A stretch of 64,000 nt of DNA from Gemmatimonadota bacterium (GCA_041486305.1 JBGPLG010000001.1:5544-69543); one strand, 5' to 3'. Positions 9,622 to 19,121 are shown, counted from the first letter of the stretch. A program made the numbers and translations. Notes: a model not told the origin generated them from the letters alone.

Positions 9622-10670
9622 GCCGAGTCCTCGGCGGAAATCGCCCGTCCCGCCGCCCGTCGCGCCAGTACTTCGGCCAGGAGTACTGCCAGAATGATCG
9701 TCGCCTCAGCCACCTGCACGGCGACCGCCGGGACACCCGCCTCGCGTTGCATCCCCTGGGCACCGGCCTCGAGCGCGCCGAACAGGATTCCGGTGACGAT
9801 GATCCCCAGCGGGTGGAGCCGCGCAAGAAGTGCCACGGCGATGGCCGTGAATCCATAGCCGGGAGATAGATTCTGAAACAGGGTGTAGGTCACCCCGCTG
9901 ATTTCCACCCCTCCGCCGAGCCCCGCCAGGGCGCCGGACCAGAGTAGAGCCCCCGCCACCACCCGCTTGACCGGGATGCCGCCGCTCACCCGCGCCGCTT
10001 CAGGCCCCATCCCGACCGCCTTGAGGCGAAAGCCCCATCGGGTGCGGGTAAACAGGAGCCAGAGCGCCATCGCCAGGACGACAGCCAGGAGAATGCCCGC
10101 GTGCAGCCTCGATCCCGCCAGGAGCGGCAGCCGCGCCGCCGATGCGATGGGATCGCTCTGGGGGTATACCCGCTTCGCTTCCTGCAGCGGTCCAGTGACG
10201 GCGAAGCTCACCACCGCTTCGGCGACGAAGTTGAGCAGCAACGTCGAGATCACCTCCAATACACCGAATCGGACCTTGAGCAGCACCGGCAGCCCGATCC
10301 AGATCACTCCGGCCACCGCCGCGGCAACCCAGACCGCGCCGACTGCGAGCGCGGAGGGCCAGGCGGCGACATGAATCCCGACCCAGGTGGCGGCGATGGC
10401 TCCCGCGTAGAACTGGCCTTCCCCGCCGATATTGAGCGCTCCCGCGCGAAACGCGAGCGCCACACCCAGCCCGAGCAGGATGAGCGGAACCGCGCGGACC
10501 AGGGTCGCCGAGCTGAACGTGTACCACGATCCGAACGCGCCCCGGCCGAGTGCACCCAGGGCGAGCACCGGGTCGTATCCCGAGGCGGCGAGGCCGATCG
10601 CCAGCACGCCGAACCCTGCGCCGAGCGCGCCGAGTGCCGTGAGAATGGGCCGAAGGCGGTTTCCGCTCAC
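9618..10670 (-). CDS. ABC transporter permease (BMP/nucleoside-sugar type)
   Basis: Multi-TM with the GALNIGGEGQFY motif (YufP-like). Overlaps the ATPase stop. Confidence 0.85.
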   Translation of the reverse strand: MSGNRLRPILTALGALGAGFGVLAIGLAASGYDPVLALGALGRGAFGSWYTFSSATLVRAVPLILLGLGVALAFRAGALNIGGEGQFYAGAIAATWVGIHVAAWPSALAVGAVWVAAAVAGVIWIGLPVLLKVRFGVLEVISTLLLNFVAEAVVSFAVTGPLQEAKRVYPQSDPIASAARLPLLAGSRLHAGILLAVVLAMALWLLFTRTRWGFRLKAVGMGPEAARVSGGIPVKRVVAGALLWSGALAGLGGGVEISGVTYTLFQNLSPGYGFTAIAVALLARLHPLGIIVTGILFGALEAGAQGMQREAGVPAVAVQVAEATIILAVLLAEVLARRAAGRAISAEDSA

Positions 10671-12088
10671 CGGTCCGCGCCCCCCGCTCGCCGTATCCCC
10701 AGCATCATCTCGCCCACGACCCTTCGGTCCGCCCCGCGCGGCGCTTCCGCCACCAGTCCGGCGTGCACCACCAGCACCCGTTGCCCCAGCTCCAACACCT
10801 CGTCGAGGTCAGTACCGTAGATCAGCACCAGAACCCCGGCGCTTGCCGCGGCACGAATCTGTTCGTGCACGAACGCCGTCGCGCGAATGTCCAGACCCCG
10901 CGTGGGATTCTCGGCGACCAGGATTGTGGGGCGGCGTTCCAGCGCGCGCGCCAGGACCACCTTTTGCTGATTCCCGCCCGACAGGGTTCGGACCGCCACA
11001 TCCGGTCCTTCGGCGCGAATCCGGAACGCCTCGATGAGCTCCGCGGCTCGGGCACGGGCCCTGGCCCAGTCGAGGCGCCGCCCCCGGGTCCACCGGGGAT
11101 CGTGGTCGAGCCCCAGCACCAGGTTCTCGGTGATGGACAATTCAGGGATCAATCCTTCGGTGGTTCGGTCCTCGGGCACCAGTGCGACCGAGCCCTGGGC
11201 ACCATCGGTCGGCCGGGTCGCTCGGAGGAGCTCCCGCTGGCCGTTGCGCTCGATGGCCGCAATCCCGACCAGCTCTCCGGCCCGCAGCGGAATACCGCCG
11301 AACCGGGTGACAATCGGTGCGGTCCCGGAGGAACTCGGTGCCGCCGGGGAGATGGGATTCGCGCTCGGCTCCACCGTCGGCCCGATCATCGCGCGAGCCA
11401 GGGTCTCCTCGGTCTGTCCGGCGACGGCGCCCGAGAATGTCACCGTGCCGCGCCGAAGCACCGTCACCCGATCGGCCGCGGTGAATACCTCGCGGAGCTT
11501 GTGGGTGATCAGCGCCGCCGCGCCGCCGCCATCCACGAATTCACGAACCAGGGCAAGAAGCTCTTCGACCTCGCTCGGCGCCAGGACGGCGCTCGGCTCA
11601 TCGAGGAGGAGGACCCCCGCGCCGGTCGCGAGTGCCTTCACAATTTCGAGCCGTTGCCGCTCGACCACCGAGAGCAACTCCACCCGAGTCGAGGCCGGCA
11701 GGTCCGCCATCAGCTTGGCGCGCACGTCGGCTCCGGGGCGTCCATCCCCGTGTCCACCTCCCGGACCGACCGCCAGCGTGATGTTCTCCGAAACCGTCAG
11801 AGCGCCGATCGACGTGAAGTGCTGGTGTACCATGCCGAGTCCCAGCGCCCGCGCCGCGCGGGGCGACCCGATGATCGTGTCCCTGCCGCCGACCCGGATC
11901 GCTCCCGCGTCCGGAGGGATCATGCCATAGGCAATGTGCAGGAGAGTGGACTTACCGGCGCCGTTCTCCCCCAGCAGGGCGTGAACCTCGCCGGCGCGCA
12001 GCGTGAAATCGGCCCCGCGCAGCGCGTGCACGGGGCCGAACGACTTGGAAATCCCATGAAGCTCGAGAACCGACCCCTCCCCGCTCAC
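10667..12088 (-). CDS. ABC transporter ATP-binding protein with duplicated ATPase domains
   Basis: First domain has Walker A GENGAGKST. Second domain has LSGGNQQK and the Walker-B-like region TILVAENPTRGLD. The size fits the RbsA/YufO type. Confidence 0.9.
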   Translation of the reverse strand: MSGEGSVLELHGISKSFGPVHALRGADFTLRAGEVHALLGENGAGKSTLLHIAYGMIPPDAGAIRVGGRDTIIGSPRAARALGLGMVHQHFTSIGALTVSENITLAVGPGGGHGDGRPGADVRAKLMADLPASTRVELLSVVERQRLEIVKALATGAGVLLLDEPSAVLAPSEVEELLALVREFVDGGGAAALITHKLREVFTAADRVTVLRRGTVTFSGAVAGQTEETLARAMIGPTVEPSANPISPAAPSSSGTAPIVTRFGGIPLRAGELVGIAAIERNGQRELLRATRPTDGAQGSVALVPEDRTTEGLIPELSITENLVLGLDHDPRWTRGRRLDWARARARAAELIEAFRIRAEGPDVAVRTLSGGNQQKVVLARALERRPTILVAENPTRGLDIRATAFVHEQIRAAASAGVLVLIYGTDLDEVLELGQRVLVVHAGLVAEAPRGADRRVVGEMMLGIRRAGGADR

Positions 12089-12106
12089 TGCGTCCCGCCC
12101 ACGTTT

Positions 12107-12877
12107 CTACAGTCCCGTAGGGTGATCGTGAAACTCCCAGGGAATTCCGAATCGGGCCGACAAGTGCTCTGCGAGCGCCTTGACCCCGATCGTCTCGGTC
12201 GCGTAGTGCCCCGCGAAAATGGCATTGACACCCAGCTCCATGGCGTCGAAGTAGGTGTGATGCGGGCCTTCCCCGGTCAGGTACGCATCGAGCCCCGCCC
12301 GGGCCGCCGCGGGAATCCGGTCGCCCGCCCCCCCGGTGATGATCCCGACTCGACGAACCGTTACCGGACCGCCGGGAATCAGCCTGGCCGTCGAGCCGAG
12401 CACTTCCTCCACCCGTGCCACCAGCCGGTTCCGGGGCATCTCCGCCTCGAGGGTGCCCTGCACCCCGATCGGAGTACCCCGGTATAGGTCAAATGGCTCC
12501 AGCTCCCCGAGCCCGATCCGCCGGGCCAGCTCGTGATTGTTGCCGACGTCGGGGTGAATATCCAGGGGGATGTGGGCGGAGTAGAGGGCAATGTCTCCGT
12601 CGAAGAGGGTTCGAACCCGAAGGTACCGTCGCCCGGTGAGCGGGATATTCCCGTCCCAGAAGAGTCCGTGATGCACCACAAGAAGGGCCGCTCCGCGAGA
12701 CACGCCCTCGATCGTGGCCAGCGACGCGTCCACCGCCGCCACGATCCGGCCTACCAGTCCGGACCGGTTCTGGGCCTGAAGGCCATTGACGGCGTTCGCC
12801 TCGTCCGGAACCTCGCCGATTCGGAGGTACTGGTCGAGATAGGCGGCGATCGTGTCGAGCGGAACGGGACCGGACAT
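12107..12877 (-). CDS. Nif3-like dinuclear metal-centre protein (GTP cyclohydrolase 1 type 2 family)
   Basis: The start at MSGPVPLDTIAAYLDQ (12877) is preferred. Conserved VVHHGLFW and ITGEGPHH segments are present. Confidence 0.85.
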   Translation of the reverse strand: MSGPVPLDTIAAYLDQYLRIGEVPDEANAVNGLQAQNRSGLVGRIVAAVDASLATIEGVSRGAALLVVHHGLFWDGNIPLTGRRYLRVRTLFDGDIALYSAHIPLDIHPDVGNNHELARRIGLGELEPFDLYRGTPIGVQGTLEAEMPRNRLVARVEEVLGSTARLIPGGPVTVRRVGIITGGAGDRIPAAARAGLDAYLTGEGPHHTYFDAMELGVNAIFAGHYATETIGVKALAEHLSARFGIPWEFHDHPTGL

Positions 12878-12905
12878 TTCGCGAAGAATAACCGGCCCCT
12901 CCCCT

Positions 12906-14987
12906 CTAGCGCCTGCAATCGTACACCGGCGTCGCAACCGCCAGATCCCAGGTGGGACCGATCGGTCCCTCGTAGACCGTCGCCATCTGCCGGTTACGCA
13001 TGATCACCACCTGGGTCGTGCCTTCGAGGAGTTTCCACAGTCCGATCTCCAGGTCACCGTCCTTGATGAGCCCGGAACGGCGTTCAACATAATTGTTCTT
13101 GTCAACCAGATGGTTGTAGAGGTTATCGAAGTATGTCTGGGCCGCCGGCTCGTTCTTGAAGGCCAGCGTTATCCCCGAGACGACGGTTCCATCGGCCGCC
13201 AGGTACTCCGCCTCGATGGCATCGTTGATGACGTCGTCCAGCGACTCCGGAAGGTTGTGGATGGACTTGCGGTCGAAGCGCCCCCGCCGGCAACTGGTGT
13301 GATCGATCAGCGGACCGCTCGAAGGGGTGGCTTTCTGCTGCGCGATCGCCGGAGGAGCATGCACCGCCTTGATGAAATCCGGCCCGCTACAGTCCCGGCC
13401 TTCGACCCCTTCGGTGAATGCGTCGATCCGCTGCCCCCCGGACCCATGCGCGCCGCTCTGGAACCACTCCACCCCCAGCGGGTCCTTCATTTCGAGCAGG
13501 GCGGTCACGGCCTCGTTCTGGTCTCCCGCATCGAGAAACCCCTTCGTTTTCGCATCCCGGGTCCATCGCCCCGCAAGACAGTCTGCCCCCAGCTCGGTCT
13601 CGAGGCTCCACTTCCCCGCCAGTGGACCCAGCTCACCGCGGAGATCCTGGACCAGATGCCCCCATTCGTGCGCCAGGACGAAGGCCGCGGCAAAATCTCC
13701 GTTCCCTTTCCACAGTCTCTGGAGCAAGCCTGCATCGTAATAGATGTGACGGTCGCCTCGGCAATACGTTGCGTTGTTGGTCCGGGGCGGGCAGGATAGC
13801 GAGAACATGGAGTAGGGCCCCACATCAGCCGGAGGACGATAAGTGGTGCCGAGCTGGAAGCTCCAATACCCATTAATGAGCCGCCGGCTGCCGGCCACGA
13901 GGGAATCGAGATTGGCCCAGTTGTCTCGGGCGAGCGAGACGGCCTGCTTTCCCGCCCCGAGAACGACCGCTCCCACCAGCACCACGACGATGACAGCCAG
14001 GGTATGCGCGTGGCGGATGACCCGCCGGATCAGCGCGGCCTGCGCCTCCATTCGGGTACGCTGCGCAGGGCTGCTCTCACGGGCTGCGCGGTGCTTGAGC
14101 AGCGCCAGTTGAACCTGCCGGTTGTGCAGCGCGGCCAAGTGCAGACACTGACCGACCCGGCCCCTGACCAGCAGCCGCAGATAGCTGAACTGGCGGCGCC
14201 AGAAGCTGTCCAGTAACGCAACCTCCTCGGCGGAAACGACGCCGGCGTCGGCCTCCTCCGCCAATTGCGCCCGTAGGACCCGTCGCTCCCGGGTGAGCGA
14301 GAATAGGCCGACTCCGACCAGCAGGAGCAGGGGAAGTAGCACCGCCAGCCACGCGCGGAAATGGCCCTCCGCTCCACCGAGCCCATTGCCATGAGCCAGG
14401 ATTCGAAAGAGGCCGTTGAGCAGCGTCGCGCCGGCGAGGCCCACGATGGCCCAGAGCCCCTCAGCCAGTCGTCCCCGGGCATCGAACGCCGCGCCGATAC
14501 CCAGGCCGGCCACGGCGGCAAAGACGCCGTGGGACAGTCCCCCGGCCGCGGCGTTGAGCGCGGTCTGGAGCGGCGAGGTCCCTGCGTGAAGGGCGATGAG
14601 GTGCGCGGTCTGAAGCTCGCGCACCAGGGTTTCTCCCGTGCTGTACCCCAGCCCAACGGCGATGCCGTAGATGATGCCGTCGGTCAGGTCGCTGAATTCC
14701 GACCACCCCCGGATGCGGGACACCGCGGAGAAGATCCCGATGCCCGCCAGGAGAGAGATGAGCTTGGTCGCTTCGACCGCAAACGCCCCGTGCCAGATCG
14801 AGCCGTTCAGCGCCTCCGATCCGATGAAGAGCTCTGCCACGCACGCGCCCAGCAGACCGAGCCCGAATACGGTCGCAAGGGCCCAGACCGGCTCCCGTTC
14901 GTTGACGTCCACGAACCGGACGAAGGTCAGGTAGATCCAGGCGACCCCAACGGTGATCAGGATCTCGCCCAGATAGCCGACGGGCAT
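12906..14987 (-). CDS. fusion protein: N-terminal PrsW-family intramembrane protease domain plus C-terminal YpfJ-like neutral zinc metallopeptidase domain
   Basis: The N-terminal multi-TM region carries PrsW-like motifs (FVDVNEREP, AVEATK, GLGYSTGE, HGVFAA). After a linker and a further TM helix, the C-terminal region has YCRGDRHIYYD, AHEWGHLVQ, ELGADCLAG and GAHGSGGQR, as in the Zn_peptidase/YpfJ family. A strong GAAGGAGG Shine-Dalgarno lies upstream. Confidence 0.75.
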   Translation of the reverse strand: MPVGYLGEILITVGVAWIYLTFVRFVDVNEREPVWALATVFGLGLLGACVAELFIGSEALNGSIWHGAFAVEATKLISLLAGIGIFSAVSRIRGWSEFSDLTDGIIYGIAVGLGYSTGETLVRELQTAHLIALHAGTSPLQTALNAAAGGLSHGVFAAVAGLGIGAAFDARGRLAEGLWAIVGLAGATLLNGLFRILAHGNGLGGAEGHFRAWLAVLLPLLLLVGVGLFSLTRERRVLRAQLAEEADAGVVSAEEVALLDSFWRRQFSYLRLLVRGRVGQCLHLAALHNRQVQLALLKHRAARESSPAQRTRMEAQAALIRRVIRHAHTLAVIVVVLVGAVVLGAGKQAVSLARDNWANLDSLVAGSRRLINGYWSFQLGTTYRPPADVGPYSMFSLSCPPRTNNATYCRGDRHIYYDAGLLQRLWKGNGDFAAAFVLAHEWGHLVQDLRGELGPLAGKWSLETELGADCLAGRWTRDAKTKGFLDAGDQNEAVTALLEMKDPLGVEWFQSGAHGSGGQRIDAFTEGVEGRDCSGPDFIKAVHAPPAIAQQKATPSSGPLIDHTSCRRGRFDRKSIHNLPESLDDVINDAIEAEYLAADGTVVSGITLAFKNEPAAQTYFDNLYNHLVDKNNYVERRSGLIKDGDLEIGLWKLLEGTTQVVIMRNRQMATVYEGPIGPTWDLAVATPVYDCRR

Positions 14988-15077
14988 TGAGGGCCTCCTT
15001 CAGGGAACGACGTCTCGAGTGGTCGGGGGTGGAGCAGGGGAGAACTTACCCGTTGTGCGGAAAAGCGTTAGCCGTCC

Positions 15078-16043
15078 TTAGGGCACCGCCTTGAGGGTGC
15101 CCGCAACCAGGGAATCCGCCGCGGCCCTGACCCACGCCGCGAGTGCCGGGGAAATCCGGTTCGCCAGCCGGGGGTTGGCCTCGTAGCGCAGCACCCCGCC
15201 GGCCAGCCCGAATGATTCCACTCTCGGCGCGAAACTTCCCTCCTTGACCTTTCGGGCGATGGCCAGAAACGCCCGGGGCAGGTCGATCACCACGGAACCC
15301 ACGACGCGATCGGGGGCCAGGGCGGTTTGATCGGCATTGGCGCCGAACGCATAGGCTCCCGGACTCTCCTTCACCGCCTGGAACAGTCCCAGTGCGGCTT
15401 GGTCCGCGTTGTGGTGCAGCATGTCGACACCCACGCGGATCATCGCCAGAGCCGCCTCGCGACCCGCCGCCGCGTCATCGAACGTATTGAGATACGCAAC
15501 CCGGCTGTCCACGGCCGGGTTCACCGCCTTGGCCCCGTGGAGCCAGCCTTCATAGCCTCGCTTGATGGGGGGCAGCTCGATTCCGCCGATGAAACCGATC
15601 TTGTTGGTTCTGGTCAGGCCCCCGGCAACCATACCGGCCAGGTACGTCCCCTCTTCGATGCCGAACACCATGGGAACTACGTTCCCCGCCGCCGATACCC
15701 GCTCTCCCGAAGTGACGACGAAGATCGTCTTCGGATACTCCGCTCCGATCCGCTCTGCAGGCCCCTGGAATTCGAAACCGTGCCCGAAGACCACGTCGTA
15801 GCCCTGCTCGGCGTAGGCCCGGAGCGCTTCCTGCTGCGCTCCGGGAGTTCGAGCCTCGACGTGGCTGATTTCGACGTGGAGTGAATCCCGGATGGCGATG
15901 AGCCCTGCATAGGCCCCGGAGTTCCATGCGGCGTCGGCAATGGAGCCCGGCGTGATGAGCGCGACGCGAAAGGCCCCCGCCGCACCGGGCTTCTGGCCAC
16001 AGGCAACGAGGGCGAGAATAAGAAGGGAAAGAACGCGGATCAT
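15078..16043 (-). CDS. BMP-family ABC transporter substrate-binding lipoprotein
   Basis: Lipobox LVACG. The body resembles the Med/PnrA basic-membrane-protein family (ITPGSIADAAWNSGAYAG). Confidence 0.9.
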   Translation of the reverse strand: MIRVLSLLILALVACGQKPGAAGAFRVALITPGSIADAAWNSGAYAGLIAIRDSLHVEISHVEARTPGAQQEALRAYAEQGYDVVFGHGFEFQGPAERIGAEYPKTIFVVTSGERVSAAGNVVPMVFGIEEGTYLAGMVAGGLTRTNKIGFIGGIELPPIKRGYEGWLHGAKAVNPAVDSRVAYLNTFDDAAAGREAALAMIRVGVDMLHHNADQAALGLFQAVKESPGAYAFGANADQTALAPDRVVGSVVIDLPRAFLAIARKVKEGSFAPRVESFGLAGGVLRYEANPRLANRISPALAAWVRAAADSLVAGTLKAVP

Positions 16044-16077
16044 GGCAGGATCATAACACGTGCATACCTCCTATCGC

Positions 16078-16488
16078 TTACGGCTCGCTGCTCCCCGCGG
16101 TCACGCTTTCCATCTTCACCCCCCCGTTGACCTGGCCGCCCTCCTGAATCAGCAACCGGCAGGTCGCGATGTCACCATGCACCACGGCGGTGGCCTGCAG
16201 CTCGACCCGCTCCTCCCCGTGAATGCACCCGTGCACCCTCCCGGCCACTACCGCTTCGCGCGTCACCACGTCGCCCTCGACGATGCCACCCTCCGAGATC
16301 AGCACCTGATCGCCGGCGTGCACATTGCCGATCACCCGTCCCTCGATCCGGACCACGCCCTCGGCCTGCAGATCGCCGGCGATGGTGAGATCCTTCGCGA
16401 CGATCGACAGCCCGCCCTGCGCGCCGTTCATTCGGCGGCGTTCGATGGGCGGAGCCGCGGTGGTCGAGGGTGCCGAGAAGATGCCCAT
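16078..16488 (-). CDS. bactofilin (polymer-forming cytoskeletal protein)
   Basis: 136 aa with the repetitive beta-helix pattern of DUF583 (IAGDLQAEGVVRIEGRVIGNVHAGDQVLISEGGIVEGDV...). Its start shares 1 nt with the M23 stop (TGATG). Confidence 0.9.
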   Translation of the reverse strand: MGIFSAPSTTAAPPIERRRMNGAQGGLSIVAKDLTIAGDLQAEGVVRIEGRVIGNVHAGDQVLISEGGIVEGDVVTREAVVAGRVHGCIHGEERVELQATAVVHGDIATCRLLIQEGGQVNGGVKMESVTAGSSEP

Positions 16489-17282
16489 CAGTGTTCCTCC
16501 TTCACCATCGTGCCGGGATCGATCGAGACCCCGTTGAGCCGGATCTCGAAATGAAGATGTGGTGCCGATGACCGGCCGGTGTTGCCGCTTCGGGCAATCA
16601 CCTCGCCGGCGTTCACCCGAGCCCCCTGAACCGCGATGATCCGGGACAAGTGGCCATACATCGACTGATACCCGTCCGGGTGCTCGAGGAGCACAAAACG
16701 CCCGTACTGCTCATGTTCTCCGGTCTGCAGGACGATGCCCCCGCCGGAGGCCCGGACCAGGCTTCCTACCGGTACTGCGATATCGATGCCAGGGTGCTCG
16801 TCCTGGGTGGTATCCGCAAGCGCCTGGCCCCGCGTGACATAGCCGCGCTCATCAAGAGGCCAGTGCCGGGGAGTGGAGGAGCCGATCTCGTAAACTGCCC
16901 CGGAATCCGGGCCGGCCGCGAAGAGGGCCGGAGCCACCGGGAGCGAGCTGCCGAGCATGACGGGGTCGGGGACGATGTCGGCGCCCACCATCTTGCGGAG
17001 TCGTTCGTAGTTCATCTCCAGGCTGTCCATTGCGACCGCCAGTTCGCGGACCCGGAGATTGTCGGTGCGCAGGCGGTCTACCTCACGCTCCAGTGGTGGG
17101 ACCCGCAACGCCTGCCGCGCGATGGGCCCGTAGAAGGCGACGCCCAGCACCAGCAGAACTGTGAGGACCACGCCGAGGATCAGCGCACCGCGCAACGCCC
17201 AGACCGGAATCCGGTAGGTGCTGGACTGAAGCGCCCCGTCCCGCTGCACAATGATGGAGACGCTGCGCCGCCAGCCGATCAT
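16488..17282 (-). CDS. bitopic M23-family metallopeptidase (LmdC-like architecture)
   Basis: Short N-terminal cytoplasmic tail, one TM helix (ALILGVVLTVLLVLGVAFY), a coiled-coil-like linker, and an M23 domain with HPGIDI and APHLHFE catalytic motifs. Confidence 0.9.
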   Translation of the reverse strand: MIGWRRSVSIIVQRDGALQSSTYRIPVWALRGALILGVVLTVLLVLGVAFYGPIARQALRVPPLEREVDRLRTDNLRVRELAVAMDSLEMNYERLRKMVGADIVPDPVMLGSSLPVAPALFAAGPDSGAVYEIGSSTPRHWPLDERGYVTRGQALADTTQDEHPGIDIAVPVGSLVRASGGGIVLQTGEHEQYGRFVLLEHPDGYQSMYGHLSRIIAVQGARVNAGEVIARSGNTGRSSAPHLHFEIRLNGVSIDPGTMVKEEH

Positions 17283-18178
17283 CCTCCGAAGGGCTCGCCC
17301 AGGATGAGCTCGAGCAGGCGCGCCAGATCCTCGTTCGAGTAGTAGTGAATGGTGACCGCGCCGCGACCCCGCCGCCGGGCGGTCACCCGGACATCGGTCT
17401 GCAGCCGCTTGCGCAGCGAGTCTTCGACCCGTCGCACGTCGGCGCTGGGATTCCTTGCTTCGGCCTTGGGCCGCCGGATTGTCCGGCGCACCACCGGAAT
17501 CTCGGTGAGGCGCTCACCCCGCACCCGCGCCTCGAGATCGCGCACCGACCACTCGGCCGCGGCGCATTCCCGCCCGAGACGCGTCATTTCCCTCAGATCG
17601 GAAAGCGACAGCAGCGCGCGGGCGTGACCTTCCGAGAGCTTCCGGTGCTGCAGCAGGTCCTGTACCTCCTGCGGAAGCCGGAGCAGCCGGAGCGTATTGC
17701 TGACCGTCGAGCGGTCTTTCCCGACCAGCCGCGCCACTTCCTGCTGCGGCATGGAGAACTCCTGCATCAGGCGCTGATAGCCCATCGCCGCGTCGATCGG
17801 CGAGAGATCGTCGCGCTGCAGGTTCTCGATCAGGGCCAACGTGAGCAGGGCGCGGTCATCGACGTCCTTCACCACCGCGGGGACCTTCTGCCAGCCCAGC
17901 CGCTGTATCGCACGATAGCGGCGCTCGCCTGCGATCAGCTCGTAACGACCGTCAGGCCTCGAACGCACCACGATCGGCTGCAGCAGCCCGGAGGCCGCGA
18001 TGGAATCCGCCAGCTCCTTGAGTTGGGCTTCGTCGAACTCTCGCCTCGGCTGATAGGGATTGGGCCCGATCGAGGACACCGCGAGCTCTCGAAGACCCCC
18101 ATTCGCCTGCGCATCTTCCCGGGTGATCGGACCGAGCAACGCCTCGAGGCCACGTCCCATCCGCCTGGTCTCGGTCAT
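17279..18178 (-). CDS. parB: chromosome partitioning protein ParB/Spo0J
   Basis: GRGLEALL N-terminus, ParB box (LIENLQRDDLSP), HTH region. ATGA overlap with parA. Confidence 0.95.
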   Translation of the reverse strand: MTETRRMGRGLEALLGPITREDAQANGGLRELAVSSIGPNPYQPRREFDEAQLKELADSIAASGLLQPIVVRSRPDGRYELIAGERRYRAIQRLGWQKVPAVVKDVDDRALLTLALIENLQRDDLSPIDAAMGYQRLMQEFSMPQQEVARLVGKDRSTVSNTLRLLRLPQEVQDLLQHRKLSEGHARALLSLSDLREMTRLGRECAAAEWSVRDLEARVRGERLTEIPVVRRTIRRPKAEARNPSADVRRVEDSLRKRLQTDVRVTARRRGRGAVTIHYYSNEDLARLLELILGEPFGG

Positions 18179-19017
18179 GTATGTACCTCCCCCGTGGCAC
18201 GGGCGGTTCCGTGAGGCAATTCGATGTCGCCGGCCGAGTCGGATGCTTCGGCCCGGCGAAGCAGCTCCTGCGCAACCGACAAGTAGCTCTTGGCGCCCAC
18301 CGACTGCACGTCATACATCAGGATCGGCTTGCCGAAGCTGGGCGCCTCGGCGAGACGAACGTTCCGTGGAATGACGGTCTTGAAGACCTTGGCACCGAAG
18401 TACTCCTTTGCGTCCTTTGCCACCTGACGGCAGAGATTGAGCCGCGAATCGTACATGGTGAGCAAGACCCCGTCGAGCGCCAGCTCGGGATTGAAGTTCT
18501 GCTGCACCAGACGAATGGTGTTGAGCAGCTGCGAGATTCCCTCGAGCGCGTAGTACTCGCATTGAATCGGAACGATCACGCCGTGCGCCGCCGAAAGGAC
18601 GTTGAGCGTGATCAGGCCGAGGGAGGGAGGACAATCGATGATGATGTAGTCGAAAGACGCCAGCGCGGGGCGCAAGGCCTCACGCATTCTGGCCTCGCGC
18701 TTCTCGACGTTTACCAACTCCAACTCGGCACCGACCAAGTCCTGTGTCGCTGGAAGAATCGAAAGGAAAGGAAGCTCCGCGTCTTGCTGAATGACTTCGT
18801 GAATCGGCCGACGGTCCACCAGGAGATCATAGAGCGAGGGCCGAGACGGATCCTTGGCCACACCAACACCGCTCGTTGCGTTGCCCTGAGGGTCCGCATC
18901 GACCAGCAAGGTGCGCCGCTCGGCGATGGCCAGGGAAGCGGCCAGGTTAACGGCCGTTGTAGTCTTCCCTACCCCGCCCTTTTGATTGGCGATCGCAACA
19001 ATACGGGCCATTGCCAT
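18175..19017 (-). CDS. parA: chromosome partitioning ATPase ParA/Soj
   Basis: Deviant Walker A (ANQKGGVGKTTT) and full-length Soj-like sequence. Confidence 0.95.
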   Translation of the reverse strand: MAMARIVAIANQKGGVGKTTTAVNLAASLAIAERRTLLVDADPQGNATSGVGVAKDPSRPSLYDLLVDRRPIHEVIQQDAELPFLSILPATQDLVGAELELVNVEKREARMREALRPALASFDYIIIDCPPSLGLITLNVLSAAHGVIVPIQCEYYALEGISQLLNTIRLVQQNFNPELALDGVLLTMYDSRLNLCRQVAKDAKEYFGAKVFKTVIPRNVRLAEAPSFGKPILMYDVQSVGAKSYLSVAQELLRRAEASDSAGDIELPHGTARATGEVHT

Positions 19018-19121
19018 ATCACGTAACTATATGTTTTGAAAGAAGTTATAACTAGAACTACCGGGACCTTCATGCGTCGGTGTTTAACAATATACCTGTT
19101 TGGCGGTTACTGTGCTAGGCT

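Noticed and set aside
10763-12487. Other long shadow ORFs, e.g. 10763..12487 plus strand (574 aa), 22931..24895 plus strand (654 aa), 32980..34875 plus strand (631 aa), 27860..29089 plus strand, 29910..31178 plus strand, 61716..62984 plus strand.
   Set aside because: Each lies opposite a gene with clear family motifs (ABC ATPases, the patatin protein, sufD/sufB, dnaA), and each has arginine/glycine-rich nonsense-like sequence.
16045-16062. Additional CACGTG-containing sequences (about 16051 and about 27675), considered as extra parS sites.
   Set aside because: Only the central hexamer matches. The flanking GTTT/AAAC arms are absent.
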